Origin: Gemmatimonadota bacterium
Lineage (GTDB): Bacteria > Gemmatimonadota > Gemmatimonadetes > Gemmatimonadales > GWC2-71-9
Length of the DNA stretch: 64,000 nucleotides
Reading direction: 5' to 3'
Assembly (NCBI GenBank): GCA_039587475.1
Contig: JBDHIK010000005.1
Span: 5,741 to 69,740, forward strand
This document shows positions 46,541 through 55,589 of this stretch, in pieces. Position 1 is the first letter of the stretch. Each line of letters begins with the position of its first letter. Position numbers and translations under genes: made by a program. The notes beneath the pieces were generated by a model. The model was not told where the DNA came from. It ran no database searches and was given only the letters and a program-made list of their open reading frames with translations.

Positions 46541-47553
46541 GATGCCTGGCCCTTCTTGAAGGCGTCGCCCATCTTCTCGGCCGCCTTCTTGGCGGCGTCG
46601 ACGACCTGCGACACGGTGTCCTTGGCTTCCTGGGCATAGAAGCCTCCCGCCGCGGCCATGTCGTCCTTGAGCGGCCGCTCGTGGGCCTCCTTGCCGCGCC
46701 GGGTATACTCGCCCCGCAAGATGCGTTCGTAGTCACCCGCGGCGACCCACCGCTGCAACTCGGCAGCACGCACGGTGTGCAATGGATGGGTCAGACCAAG
46801 GGTGTTCACGATCTTGTAGATGATGTCGAAGCCTTCGTTGGTGCTGAGGTACTCGTTGGCCTGGGCCATGAAGTCGTCGACATCGAGTTCGTGCGCCAGC
46901 GCACCCTCGCGCATGCCGCCGGCCATCTTCATCAGGAGTCGCTGGGACGCGGAGACGTCCTGGCTCCCGAGCAGTCCTGCACGGTCGGCGGACAGCTCGG
47001 CCTTGCGAGACCACTCGAGAATGGCCAGCCGGATCGGCAGCAGCGCGATCCCCGCCAGCACCGGGAGGGCCGCGAAGCTGATCGACAGCAGAATCGCCGC
47101 GATCGTTCGGTAGAACGCGTGGCCGCTTACCACGTGTCCCATCTCGTGCGCCAGCAGGACCCGCAGCTCATCCTCGTCCAGCAGCTCGAGCGCGGCGGTG
47201 TGAACCACCACGAAGGGGTCATCGACGCCGTAGGCCCCGGCGTTGAACAGCGGTGTCTGGGTGACGTAGAGCTCCGGCACGGTCGGCCAATTGAACGTGG
47301 CCGCCACCTCCACATGCAGGGCATGCAGGGTCGGGAATTGGGTCGTCCCGGTGCGGATGGCGTTGCCCTGGAACAGGAGCCGAATCCCTCGCTCGCCCCC
47401 CAACATGGCGACGAGCTTGCGAACGACCTGGTCGAAGCCCGGAATGGCGCGCAGCGCCTGCAGCGCGGCCCGGTCGGCTGGGTGCTCCCAGGAGACCGCG
47501 TCGATGTCTGGAAAAGAGACGCGCTCGCGAGGTGCAGGGGGACTTGCGGTCAT
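46537..47553 (-). CDS. M48-family zinc metalloprotease
   Basis: HEMGHVVSGH (HExxH) with flanking hydrophobic helices. Its stop overlaps the purD start. ATG 47553 is preferred over TTG 47559. Confidence 0.75.
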   Translation of the reverse strand: MTASPPAPRERVSFPDIDAVSWEHPADRAALQALRAIPGFDQVVRKLVAMLGGERGIRLLFQGNAIRTGTTQFPTLHALHVEVAATFNWPTVPELYVTQTPLFNAGAYGVDDPFVVVHTAALELLDEDELRVLLAHEMGHVVSGHAFYRTIAAILLSISFAALPVLAGIALLPIRLAILEWSRKAELSADRAGLLGSQDVSASQRLLMKMAGGMREGALAHELDVDDFMAQANEYLSTNEGFDIIYKIVNTLGLTHPLHTVRAAELQRWVAAGDYERILRGEYTRRGKEAHERPLKDDMAAAGGFYAQEAKDTVSQVVDAAKKAAEKMGDAFKKGQAS

Positions 47554-47705
47554 GACCAACTCACGGAAAGGGGATGCAGGCCAGTACGTCGGGGTCGCGG
47601 CGGGGTTTCAGAATGAGACTCGACGGAAGTCCGCCGGACGCGGGTCCGGATGCCGTTCTCGGAGGCTCGGTCAGGTGCCAAGCCGCCGGTCCCACCGATG
47701 CGTTG

Positions 47706-48875
47706 CTACGCCGCCGCGAGGGCCTGCTCGATATCTGCCAACAGGTCTTCCAGATCCTCGATGCCGCAACTCAAACGAACGAGGCTGTCGGTCAGCCCCA
47801 TATCTTCGCGCATGGCCGGCGGTACCGAGGCGTGGGTCATGGAAGCTGGATGGTTGACCAGACTCTCGACCCCTCCCAGGGACTCGGCCAGCTGGAAGAT
47901 CCGGGTGCCTTCGACGAAACGGCGCGTGCGGTCGTTGTCCTGTAGATCGAAGGAAATCATGCCGCCGAATCCGCTCATCTGTCTGCGGGCCAGATCGTGC
48001 TGCGGGTGTGACTCGAGGCCGGGGTAATAGACGATCGGGACATCGTCGCGCTGGGCCAGCCACTCGGCGATGGCCCGGCCATTGTGGTCGTGCTGCCGCA
48101 TCCGGAGTGGCAGGGTCTTCGCGCCGCGGAGCGCCAACCAGCAATCCATCGGCCCGGGCACCGCCCCACCGGCCATCTGGATGAACGACAATCGCTCCGC
48201 CAGGTCGTCACGGTCGCACACCAGGATGCCGCCCAGCATGTCACTATGACCGTTGAGATACTTGGTCGTGCTATGAAGCACGATGTCCGTGCCCAGACGT
48301 ATCGGCTGCTGAAAGATCGGTGTGGCAAACGTGTTGTCGACGACCAGGAGCAGGCCGTGGGCCTTGGTAAGGTCGGCGACGGCCGCAAGGTCTGCCAGGC
48401 GCATCATCGGGTTGGTGGGAGTCTCGAGGAACACCATCTGGGTCTCTGGCCTTAGGGCCGCCTCGATGGCCCCGATGTCCCGCGTGTCGACGAAGGAGAA
48501 CTCAAGCCCCACCGGGGCGTAGAATTCCCGCATCATGCGACCGCTCCCGCCATAGAGATTGGTCTCGGAGATCACGTGGTCGCCGGCTTTGAACAGTTTG
48601 AGGACGGCATCGAGCGCCGCCAGGCCCGAACTGTAGGCCATCCCGTGCGTGGCTCCCTCCAGCGAAGCCACGTTCCTCTCGTAGGCCTCCCGCGTGGGGT
48701 TGGCCGTCCGGGCGTAGTCGTAGCCCTTGTGCCGCCCCAGGCCCTCCATGACGTAGGTGGAGGTCTGGTAGATGGGGGGCATGACGGCGCCCGCCTTGGG
48801 GTCGGGTTCCTGGCCGGCGTGGACCGCACGGGTTGCGATTCCGTGCCCGTGATCGTCTGGGAGAACTCTGGTCAT
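47706..48875 (-). CDS. PLP-dependent Cys/Met metabolism enzyme (cystathionine gamma-synthase/beta-lyase family)
   Basis: 389 aa with the STTKYLNGHSD PLP-lysine motif and a family-wide pattern. Confidence 0.85.
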   Translation of the reverse strand: MTRVLPDDHGHGIATRAVHAGQEPDPKAGAVMPPIYQTSTYVMEGLGRHKGYDYARTANPTREAYERNVASLEGATHGMAYSSGLAALDAVLKLFKAGDHVISETNLYGGSGRMMREFYAPVGLEFSFVDTRDIGAIEAALRPETQMVFLETPTNPMMRLADLAAVADLTKAHGLLLVVDNTFATPIFQQPIRLGTDIVLHSTTKYLNGHSDMLGGILVCDRDDLAERLSFIQMAGGAVPGPMDCWLALRGAKTLPLRMRQHDHNGRAIAEWLAQRDDVPIVYYPGLESHPQHDLARRQMSGFGGMISFDLQDNDRTRRFVEGTRIFQLAESLGGVESLVNHPASMTHASVPPAMREDMGLTDSLVRLSCGIEDLEDLLADIEQALAAA

Positions 48876-48910
48876 GGCTATCCGGATAAGTTGCTGGGAA
48901 CCTAATGTGT

Positions 48911-48924
48911 CGCAAGAGCTTGCG
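48911..48924. promoter_or_regulatory. Palindrome CGCAAG-ag-CTTGCG in divergent promoter region
   Basis: It has perfect 6-bp arms with a 2-nt centre, between the Cys/Met enzyme gene (minus) and glmM (plus). Confidence 0.2.
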
Positions 48925-49013
48925 GCAAGACGACGGTTGAAGATGCGGCCCGGCTCCGGTTACGTTTGACCAACATACCCCTGTTCACCTCACCCGTGCC
49001 CTCCCGAGTCAGC

Positions 49014-50384
49014 ATGTCAGAGAACTTGATCGTCAGCGTTTCCGGAATGCGGGGCATCGTCGGCCCGGACCTGACCCCGGAACTGGTCGTCCGCCACGCT
49101 GCCGCGCTGGGCGCCTGGGCCGGTGAACGATCCTCCGGTCAGGCCACGGTGGTTCTGGGACGTGACGCACGAACCAGCGGTGCCATGTTTGCGAAAGCCG
49201 CAGAGGCCGGGTTGATGTCGGTCGGGTGCGATGTCATCGACTTGGGCATCGTGCCGACGCCCACGGTGCAACTGGCCGTGGAACATCACGGAGCGGATGC
49301 CGGTCTCATCCTGACGGCCAGTCACAACCCTATCGAGTGGAACGCCCTCAAGCTGGTCGGTCCCGACGGCATCTTTCTCGACGCCGAATCGGGAGCCACG
49401 GTTCGCACCCTGGCCGAGACGGGGCCTCCAAGGACGGACTGGTCGGGCCTGGGCAGCGTGCGGCCCGATACCGACGCGGTCTCGCGGCACATTAACCTGG
49501 TCCTCGAACTCTCCGCCGTGGACGTCGATGCCATCCGGGCTCGCGGCTTTCACGTGGCCCTCGACTGTGTCCGGGGCGCGGGCGGCACCATCATGCCGGA
49601 TCTGCTGGAGCGCCTGGGCTGTCGCGTGACGGGCATCAACCTGGAAACAGATGGGCGCTTCCCCCGTGCCCCGGAGCCCATCCCCGAGCACCTCGGCCAA
49701 CTCGGAGCGCTGGTGGTCGAGAGCAAGGCCGACATCGGGGTCGCGGTCGATCCCGACGTAGATCGGCTGGCCCTGGTCGATGAGACCGGCCACCCCATTG
49801 GAGAGGACTACACGCTGGCATTCGCGGTCCGAGCGGTTCTGGGTGCTGGCGGCGCCGGGCCGGTACCCACGGTCGTGGCCAACCTGTCGACCAGCCTGGT
49901 GGTCGAAGACGCCGCCCGGGCCGGTGGGGCCGCCTTCATCCGGGCGCCGGTGGGGGAGGCCAACGTGGCGCAGGCCATCAAGGCCAACGAGGCCCTGATT
50001 GGGGGGGAGGGCAATGGCGGCGTGATGTTCCCCGCAGCCCATATCGGCCGCGATGCCCCGGTCGGTCTGGCCCTGATCTTGCATTTCCTTGCGACGACGG
50101 GACTTACGATTTCCGAGCTCGTGGGGCAGGCGCCCCGCTATCGCATTGTCAAGAACAAACTTCCCCGAGGGGCCGACCTCGAGGCCGCGTACCGGGAAGT
50201 AGGAAGCCGTTTTGCGGACGCAACGGTCGACCGGCGAGACGGGGTGCGCTGGTCGTGGGACGACCGCTGGGTCCATCTGCGCCCCTCCGGCACCGAGCCG
50301 GTGGTACGCATCATCGCCGAGGCCCCGACCGAGGAAGAGGCACGAGCACTGGTTGGGGTCTGTCGGGACGTCATGGACGCTTAG
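49014..50384 (+). CDS. glmM: Phosphohexomutase, probable phosphoglucosamine mutase
   Basis: SGMRG, the TASHNP phosphoserine loop and DPDVDR Mg site are present, and it lies immediately upstream of glmS. Specificity is inferred from context. Confidence 0.75.
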   Translation: MSENLIVSVSGMRGIVGPDLTPELVVRHAAALGAWAGERSSGQATVVLGRDARTSGAMFAKAAEAGLMSVGCDVIDLGIVPTPTVQLAVEHHGADAGLILTASHNPIEWNALKLVGPDGIFLDAESGATVRTLAETGPPRTDWSGLGSVRPDTDAVSRHINLVLELSAVDVDAIRARGFHVALDCVRGAGGTIMPDLLERLGCRVTGINLETDGRFPRAPEPIPEHLGQLGALVVESKADIGVAVDPDVDRLALVDETGHPIGEDYTLAFAVRAVLGAGGAGPVPTVVANLSTSLVVEDAARAGGAAFIRAPVGEANVAQAIKANEALIGGEGNGGVMFPAAHIGRDAPVGLALILHFLATTGLTISELVGQAPRYRIVKNKLPRGADLEAAYREVGSRFADATVDRRDGVRWSWDDRWVHLRPSGTEPVVRIIAEAPTEEEARALVGVCRDVMDA

Positions 50385-50399
50385 GGAAACGGAATCCGG

Positions 50400-52223
50400 A
50401 TGTGTGGCATCGTCGGGTACCTTGGTCCGCGACCGGCCGCTGACTTGATCCTGAGGGGTCTGCGGCGGTTGGAGTATCGTGGATACGATTCGGCCGGGTT
50501 GGCGATTCTCAATGGTGATCTGGTCATCACCAAAGCCGCCGGAAAACTCCAGAGCCTGGAGAAGGCTCTGGGCGACCAACTCCCTGCAGGAAACGTCGGC
50601 GTAGGCCACACCCGGTGGGCGACCCACGGGGCTCCCACCACGCCCAACGCCCATCCCCACACCGATCAGTCGGGCCGCATCGCCGTCATCCACAACGGTA
50701 TCATCGAAAACGCCCTGACCATCCGCACCGCGCTCGAGCAGGTCGGACACACCTTCACGTCCGAAACGGATACCGAGGTCCTGGCGCACCTCATCGGGCA
50801 CCTCTACGAAGGCGATCTCGAGAACGCCGTCGCGTCCGCGCTGCGGGAGGTCGACGGGGCCTACGGCATCGCGGTCATTTCCGCGGACGAACCCGATTGC
50901 CTGGTGGCTGCCCGCAAAGGCTCGCCGCTCATCGTGGGGGTTGGGGAAGGTGAGTGGTTCGTCGCGTCCGACGCCTCAGCCCTGCTCGAGCACACCCGTT
51001 CCGTGGTCTACCTCGACGACGGCGAAATGGTGGTCCTGTCCCGCGATGGCTACCGGGTGCGTGACCTCGAGGTCACTGAAATCACCAAGGCCGTCGATCT
51101 GATCGAGTGGGATCTGTCGACCATCGAACGCGGCGGCTTCGAGCATTTCATGCTCAAGGAGATCTTCGAGCAACCGCAGAGCCTGCGAAACACGCTCGGC
51201 GGCCATCTGCTCGAGGACGAGGGCACGGCGCGGTTGGAAGGCCTCAACCTCACCAACGACGAACTGAAGGACATCGAGCGGATCATCCTGACGGCCTGTG
51301 GCACGTCCTGGCATGCCGGATTGATCGGCGAATACATGATCGAAGAGCTGGCCCGCGTCCCGGTCGATGTGGAGTACGCATCCGAGTTCCGCTACCGAAA
51401 CCCGGTGGTCGACAACCGGACGCTGGTCATCGGCATCTCCCAGTCCGGGGAGACGGCCGACACGCTCGCAGCCTTGCGCGAGGCGAAGAACCGCGGCGCC
51501 CGGACCATCGGCCTGGTCAACGTGGTCGGTTCGACCATCGCCCGGGAAGTGGATGGTGGGACCTACCTGCACGCCGGGCCCGAGGTCGGAGTGGCCAGTA
51601 CCAAGGCGTTCACCAGCCAGGTGGCTGCACTGGCGCTCTTTACCCTCCGCCTGTCCCGGCTCAAGAACCTCAGCATCCTCCAGGGCCGTCAGTTCGTGAA
51701 GGCCCTGCAGGCCCTGCCCGGTCAGATCGAGGACATTCTGTCCAGGGCGCCGGAGGTCGAGGCGCTGGCGACCCACTTCTCCGATACCAGCAATGCCCTG
51801 TATCTCGGCCGGGGCGTCAACTTCCCCGTGGCGCTGGAAGGGGCCCTCAAGCTCAAGGAAATCTCCTACATCCACGCCGAGGGCTACCCCGCGGCCGAGA
51901 TGAAACACGGCCCCATTGCTCTCATCGACGAGAACATGCCGGTGGTGTTCATCGCGCCGAGAGATGCGGTACACAGCAAGATCGTGTCGAATATCGAAGA
52001 GGTGAAGGCGCGCGGCGGCAAGGTGTTCTCGCTCATCAACCGTGACGACCATCAAATCGAACGGCTGTCGGACGAGACGTTCACCATTCCCGAGACCCTC
52101 GATCTGCTCACGCCGATCCTGACCGCGGTGCCGCTGCAGCTGTTGTCGTACTACGTGGCGGTGAACCGAGGCTGCAACGTGGATCAGCCCCGGAACCTCG
52201 CCAAGTCGGTGACGGTCGAATAG
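50400..52223 (+). CDS. glmS: Glutamine-fructose-6-phosphate aminotransferase
   Basis: MCGIVGY N-terminal nucleophile, two SIS domains and a C-terminal ...DQPRNLAKSVTVE. Confidence 0.95.
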   Translation: MCGIVGYLGPRPAADLILRGLRRLEYRGYDSAGLAILNGDLVITKAAGKLQSLEKALGDQLPAGNVGVGHTRWATHGAPTTPNAHPHTDQSGRIAVIHNGIIENALTIRTALEQVGHTFTSETDTEVLAHLIGHLYEGDLENAVASALREVDGAYGIAVISADEPDCLVAARKGSPLIVGVGEGEWFVASDASALLEHTRSVVYLDDGEMVVLSRDGYRVRDLEVTEITKAVDLIEWDLSTIERGGFEHFMLKEIFEQPQSLRNTLGGHLLEDEGTARLEGLNLTNDELKDIERIILTACGTSWHAGLIGEYMIEELARVPVDVEYASEFRYRNPVVDNRTLVIGISQSGETADTLAALREAKNRGARTIGLVNVVGSTIAREVDGGTYLHAGPEVGVASTKAFTSQVAALALFTLRLSRLKNLSILQGRQFVKALQALPGQIEDILSRAPEVEALATHFSDTSNALYLGRGVNFPVALEGALKLKEISYIHAEGYPAAEMKHGPIALIDENMPVVFIAPRDAVHSKIVSNIEEVKARGGKVFSLINRDDHQIERLSDETFTIPETLDLLTPILTAVPLQLLSYYVAVNRGCNVDQPRNLAKSVTVE

Positions 52224-52249
52224 CCGCGTTGTGGAGCGCCCAAGGTGCG

Positions 52250-52289
52250 CGCGCCCTTCCGTTCGACGGAAGGGCGCGTTTCCTTTTTG
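52250..52289 (+). terminator. Rho-independent terminator after glmS
   Basis: A 12-bp GC-rich stem (52250-52261 / 52267-52278, CGCGCCCTTCCG-ttcga-CGGAAGGGCGCG) is followed by TTTCCTTTTTG. Confidence 0.85.
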
Positions 52290-52342
52290 GGTGGTCGTCG
52301 ATTGGCGGCCCCGAGCGGGTCGGGCGAACCCCGGGAGGAAAT

Positions 52343-52792
52343 GTGCGCGTCGTGCTTCAGCGAGTCAGTTCAGCATCCGTGGCCGTCGACGGTCGTGTCG
52401 TCGGCCGGATCGGGACCGGCTACTGCCTCCTGGTCGGCTTCACCGGGACCGACACCCCTGCGGAATGCGACTGGATGGCCGGCAAGATCATCGGTCTCCG
52501 GCTGTTCGCGGACGAGGCCGGCAAGATGAACCGCGACGTGACCGAGGTGGATGGCGAAGTGTTGGTCGTATCGCAGTTCACACTCTACGGGGACGCCCGC
52601 AAGGGACGCCGGCCATCGTTCATTTCCGCGGCCCGGCCCGAGGTCGCGATTCCCCTGTACCAGTACCTGCTCGAAGCGTTCAGGACCCGGGGGGTCGCCG
52701 CCGCCAGCGGTGAGTTCGGGGCCATGATGGACGTCGAGATCCACAACGACGGCCCCGTCACCCTGCTGCTGGAGCGCGACCATGGCGCGTGA
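52343..52792 (+). CDS. dtd: D-aminoacyl-tRNA deacylase
   Basis: GTG 52343 has GGGAGGAA upstream. VVLQRV...SQFTLYGD...GPVT(L)LL motifs are present. Confidence 0.88.
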   Translation: MRVVLQRVSSASVAVDGRVVGRIGTGYCLLVGFTGTDTPAECDWMAGKIIGLRLFADEAGKMNRDVTEVDGEVLVVSQFTLYGDARKGRRPSFISAARPEVAIPLYQYLLEAFRTRGVAAASGEFGAMMDVEIHNDGPVTLLLERDHGA

Positions 52793-53351
52793 ACTGGTCC
52801 TGGCGTCCCGCTCTCCACGGCGCATGCAGCTGCTGGAGCTTCTCGGTCTCCCGGTCCGGCCCCGGCCGGCGGACGTCCCCGAGGAGCGCGCCCCCGGCGA
52901 ATCGCCGGCGGCCTATGCGGAGCGGTTGGCCAGGGACAAGGCCGGCGCCGTGGAAGGCGACTACGTCCTGGGCGCCGATACCATTGTGCTGGTGGACGAT
53001 CGGGTGCTGGAGAAGCCGACTGATCCCGAGGAGGCCGTGGCCATGTTGCTCCTGTTGCAGGGCCGCAGCCACCAGGTGATCACCGCGGTCGCGCTCAAGA
53101 CGGCGGGAGGGATCGAGAGCGCCGTCGAGGTCACCACCGTCACCTTCCGGCCACTCGACGAACCGTTCCTGCGGGCCTACGTGGCAACGGGGGAACCGCT
53201 GGACAAAGCCGGCGCCTACGGCATTCAGGGGTACGGTGCGGCTCTGGTCGACCGGATCGAGGGAGACTTCTTCTGCGTGATGGGGTTGCCGCTCCGGTTG
53301 GTGCTCGACCTGTTGGAGCGAGGTGGTTGGTCCTACGCCTTCAACCGGTAG
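52782..53351 (+). CDS. maf: Maf-like nucleoside triphosphate pyrophosphatase
   Basis: LASRSPRRMQLLELLGL N-terminus and the GAYGIQG motif. Confidence 0.85.
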   Translation: MARELVLASRSPRRMQLLELLGLPVRPRPADVPEERAPGESPAAYAERLARDKAGAVEGDYVLGADTIVLVDDRVLEKPTDPEEAVAMLLLLQGRSHQVITAVALKTAGGIESAVEVTTVTFRPLDEPFLRAYVATGEPLDKAGAYGIQGYGAALVDRIEGDFFCVMGLPLRLVLDLLERGGWSYAFNR

Positions 53352-54886
53352 ACCGCGACCGGCTGCGCTTTGCCCTTGAGCATGATGTCGTCGACTTTCT
53401 CGACGTCCGGTCTGGTGTCCAGGAGACTGTAGAACGGCTCGCTGATCAGGATCTCTCCCGGTCCCGCCATTGCGGTCAATCGAGAGGCGACGTTGACTGC
53501 GTCGCCGATCACCGTGTACTCCAGACGGCGCAGGCTGCCGATGTTCCCGGCGAACACGTCCCCGTGGTTGATGCCGATCCCGATGCCGATCTCGGGCCCC
53601 CCCTCGCCACGCCACTTCTCATTCAAGGCGGCGACCCCACGTTGCATGGCGATCGCGGCCTCGAGGGCTCGGACCTGGTCCCCTTCCTGGGCGATGGGCG
53701 CGCCCCAGAGCGCCATGATGGCATCGCCGATGAACTTGTCCAGCGTGCCACCGAACTCGAACAGAATGTCCACCATGTCCGTGAAATACTCCGACAGGAG
53801 GTGCGCGATGCCGTCGGGGGTCATCCCCTCAGACAGGGTCGTAAAGCCACGAATGTCACTGAAGAGGATGGTGACCGGGCGGCGTTCGCCGCCCAGGGCG
53901 ATGTCGTGCTGATGGTCGACGATGGCGGCCGCCACATTGGGCGCGAAGTACCGTTCGAAATTGGAGCGGACCATCGCTTCGCGCTGAAGACGCTCCGCGT
54001 AGTGGGCCTTGTTGATGGCTACGGCGGCGATCCCGGCATAGGCGATCAGGAATTGAAGATCGTCGTCCGAGAAGGCCTCGGTCGCAGCGAGGTTGTCGAC
54101 GTAGAGCACGCCCAGCACCGAGTCCGCCTGCGGCATGAGTGGGGTGCACATGGCGCTTCGCACGCTCTGGAGCACTACCGAGCGGCCCTGGAACCGCGTG
54201 TCGGCCGCCGCATTGTCCGTCATGAGGGCGACCCGCTCCGTCATGGCTTTGCGGGCGATGGACCGCGGCACCTCCTGGAATTCCTCGTCGCCCACTCGGC
54301 TGCGCGAGACCCGGGCGACCAGGTCACCAGACTCGGGGTCCGCCAGGAGCAGGGCGACACGATCGACTCCCATGACGTCGAAGGTGGTGTCGACCACCCG
54401 GTTCAGGAGCTTGCCCGGATCGAATTCTCCAGCGAGGGCCTGGGATACGTCGAGCAGCAGCCGGAGTCGACGTCCCTGCAGCTCTTCGTGGGACAGGCCG
54501 GTCAGGGTGGACGCGCCAGCCCCGGACACGGCGACCTGGCGAACGATGGTGCCGCCGGCGACCTGAGCGGGCGGGTCGATGGGGGCCGGAGCCGGCGGCG
54601 CTTCCTCCACCAACCGGCACTCGACCTTGCCGAAGGTGACCGCGTCCTCAGGCTTGAGGATGGCGGCATCGATGCGTTTGCCGTTGACGAATGTGCCATT
54701 GGAACTGCCGAGATCACGTACCCGCACCCCGTCCGCCAGGGCCGTCAGTTCCGCGTGCCGCCGGGAGATGGTGGGGTCGTACAAGGACAGGTCACTGGTG
54801 ACCGCGCGTCCGACGACGTAGGTACGGCCCGGGGACAAGGCGTACCGCTCGTTCTCTGCGGAGTTGACCAGTTGGTAGGTCGGCAT
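53333..54886 (-). CDS. Class III adenylate/guanylate cyclase with N-terminal FHA and central GAF domains
   Basis: ATG 54886. FHA (GRAVTSDLSLYDPTISRRHAEL...DLGSSNGTFVNG), a GAF-like middle and a cyclase core (VTILFSDIRGFTTLSE...GDAIMALWGAP...IGINHGDVFAGNIGS). Its 3' end overlaps maf by 19 nt (convergent). Confidence 0.8.
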   Translation of the reverse strand: MPTYQLVNSAENERYALSPGRTYVVGRAVTSDLSLYDPTISRRHAELTALADGVRVRDLGSSNGTFVNGKRIDAAILKPEDAVTFGKVECRLVEEAPPAPAPIDPPAQVAGGTIVRQVAVSGAGASTLTGLSHEELQGRRLRLLLDVSQALAGEFDPGKLLNRVVDTTFDVMGVDRVALLLADPESGDLVARVSRSRVGDEEFQEVPRSIARKAMTERVALMTDNAAADTRFQGRSVVLQSVRSAMCTPLMPQADSVLGVLYVDNLAATEAFSDDDLQFLIAYAGIAAVAINKAHYAERLQREAMVRSNFERYFAPNVAAAIVDHQHDIALGGERRPVTILFSDIRGFTTLSEGMTPDGIAHLLSEYFTDMVDILFEFGGTLDKFIGDAIMALWGAPIAQEGDQVRALEAAIAMQRGVAALNEKWRGEGGPEIGIGIGINHGDVFAGNIGSLRRLEYTVIGDAVNVASRLTAMAGPGEILISEPFYSLLDTRPDVEKVDDIMLKGKAQPVAVYRLKA

Positions 54887-54929
54887 CGGGCCCAAATCTA
54901 CCGGCGCTGGGGGAGGTGTGCCAGCGGGC

Positions 54930-55589
54930 CTAGCGCGGGGCCGCCACCACGTAGGCACCGTCGGCAGGGAGGATGGCCCGGAGATTGTCCGAGGCGGGGC
55001 GGGACGAAGGCAGCACCGCCACGCGCCCATCGTCGAGGAGTCGACCGATGAACAGAGCCTCCTCCAACCTCACGTCGGTCTCGTAACGATCCCTGGCCTC
55101 GCGCGGGCTGGAGAAGTGTACGGCGTACTTGAAGACCAACTGGGCGCCCGGTCGCAACGGTGCGTCCGCGCGGATGTCCAGCCCATAGATGCCAGGGAGG
55201 GGCCGCAAGGACACGACGACGGAGTCACCCGTCGATCCTCCCTCGAAGGCGTTGGCCGGGAGGGACAGCTCGGCGAACACGACGTCGTCGGGAGGGCCAT
55301 GCCGAAGGATGATGACCCGTGGCTGGCCCACGGCCAGCACCACTGTCGTGTCTCCAGCCACCGCTCCCGCGGCTTCGAGGACGATGAGGCTGCCTCGCTC
55401 CACCAGACGGGTCACGGTCACCGTCCCGTCGCTGGGCGTCCTCGCGCTCCCTCCCCCGCAGGCGGAAACCAGGACCGTCCACGTGATGGCGGTTGCCCAT
55501 GCCCGGGAACACCGGAATATTCGACGAGGATGTCGATACTGCTCCTGTTGCTGTTCGCGCTCTGCGTCACGCCGCTTCGTGCTCAGCAC
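54930..55589 (-). CDS. Hypothetical lipoprotein upstream of the cyclase (start unresolved)
   Basis: The C-terminal ~190 codons of the 531-aa minus ORF look protein-like, and a lipobox TVLVSA|CGGGS is present. The nearest in-frame canonical start upstream of the lipobox is GTG 55589. Confidence 0.45.
   Translation of the reverse strand: MLSTKRRDAEREQQQEQYRHPRRIFRCSRAWATAITWTVLVSACGGGSARTPSDGTVTVTRLVERGSLIVLEAAGAVAGDTTVVLAVGQPRVIILRHGPPDDVVFAELSLPANAFEGGSTGDSVVVSLRPLPGIYGLDIRADAPLRPGAQLVFKYAVHFSSPREARDRYETDVRLEEALFIGRLLDDGRVAVLPSSRPASDNLRAILPADGAYVVAAPR

Noticed and set aside
48876-48965. A SAM or other riboswitch in the leader of the Cys/Met PLP enzyme gene.
   Set aside because: The minus-strand leader shows none of the conserved SAM-I/II core sequences that I can recall. 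Only a short palindrome is present. A covariance-model scan would be needed to exclude a riboswitch formally.
50385-50399. A glmS ribozyme upstream of glmS.
   Set aside because: Only 15 nt separate glmM from glmS, leaving no space for the ribozyme. The genes are simply co-transcribed.
53333-54886. The FHA-GAF nucleotide cyclase as a CBASS/Pycsar-type defence cyclase.
   Set aside because: It is a class III cyclase with sensory FHA and GAF domains. No adjacent effector (TIR, patatin, a TM protein with a cNMP-binding domain, or a nuclease) is present. The architecture fits ordinary signalling.
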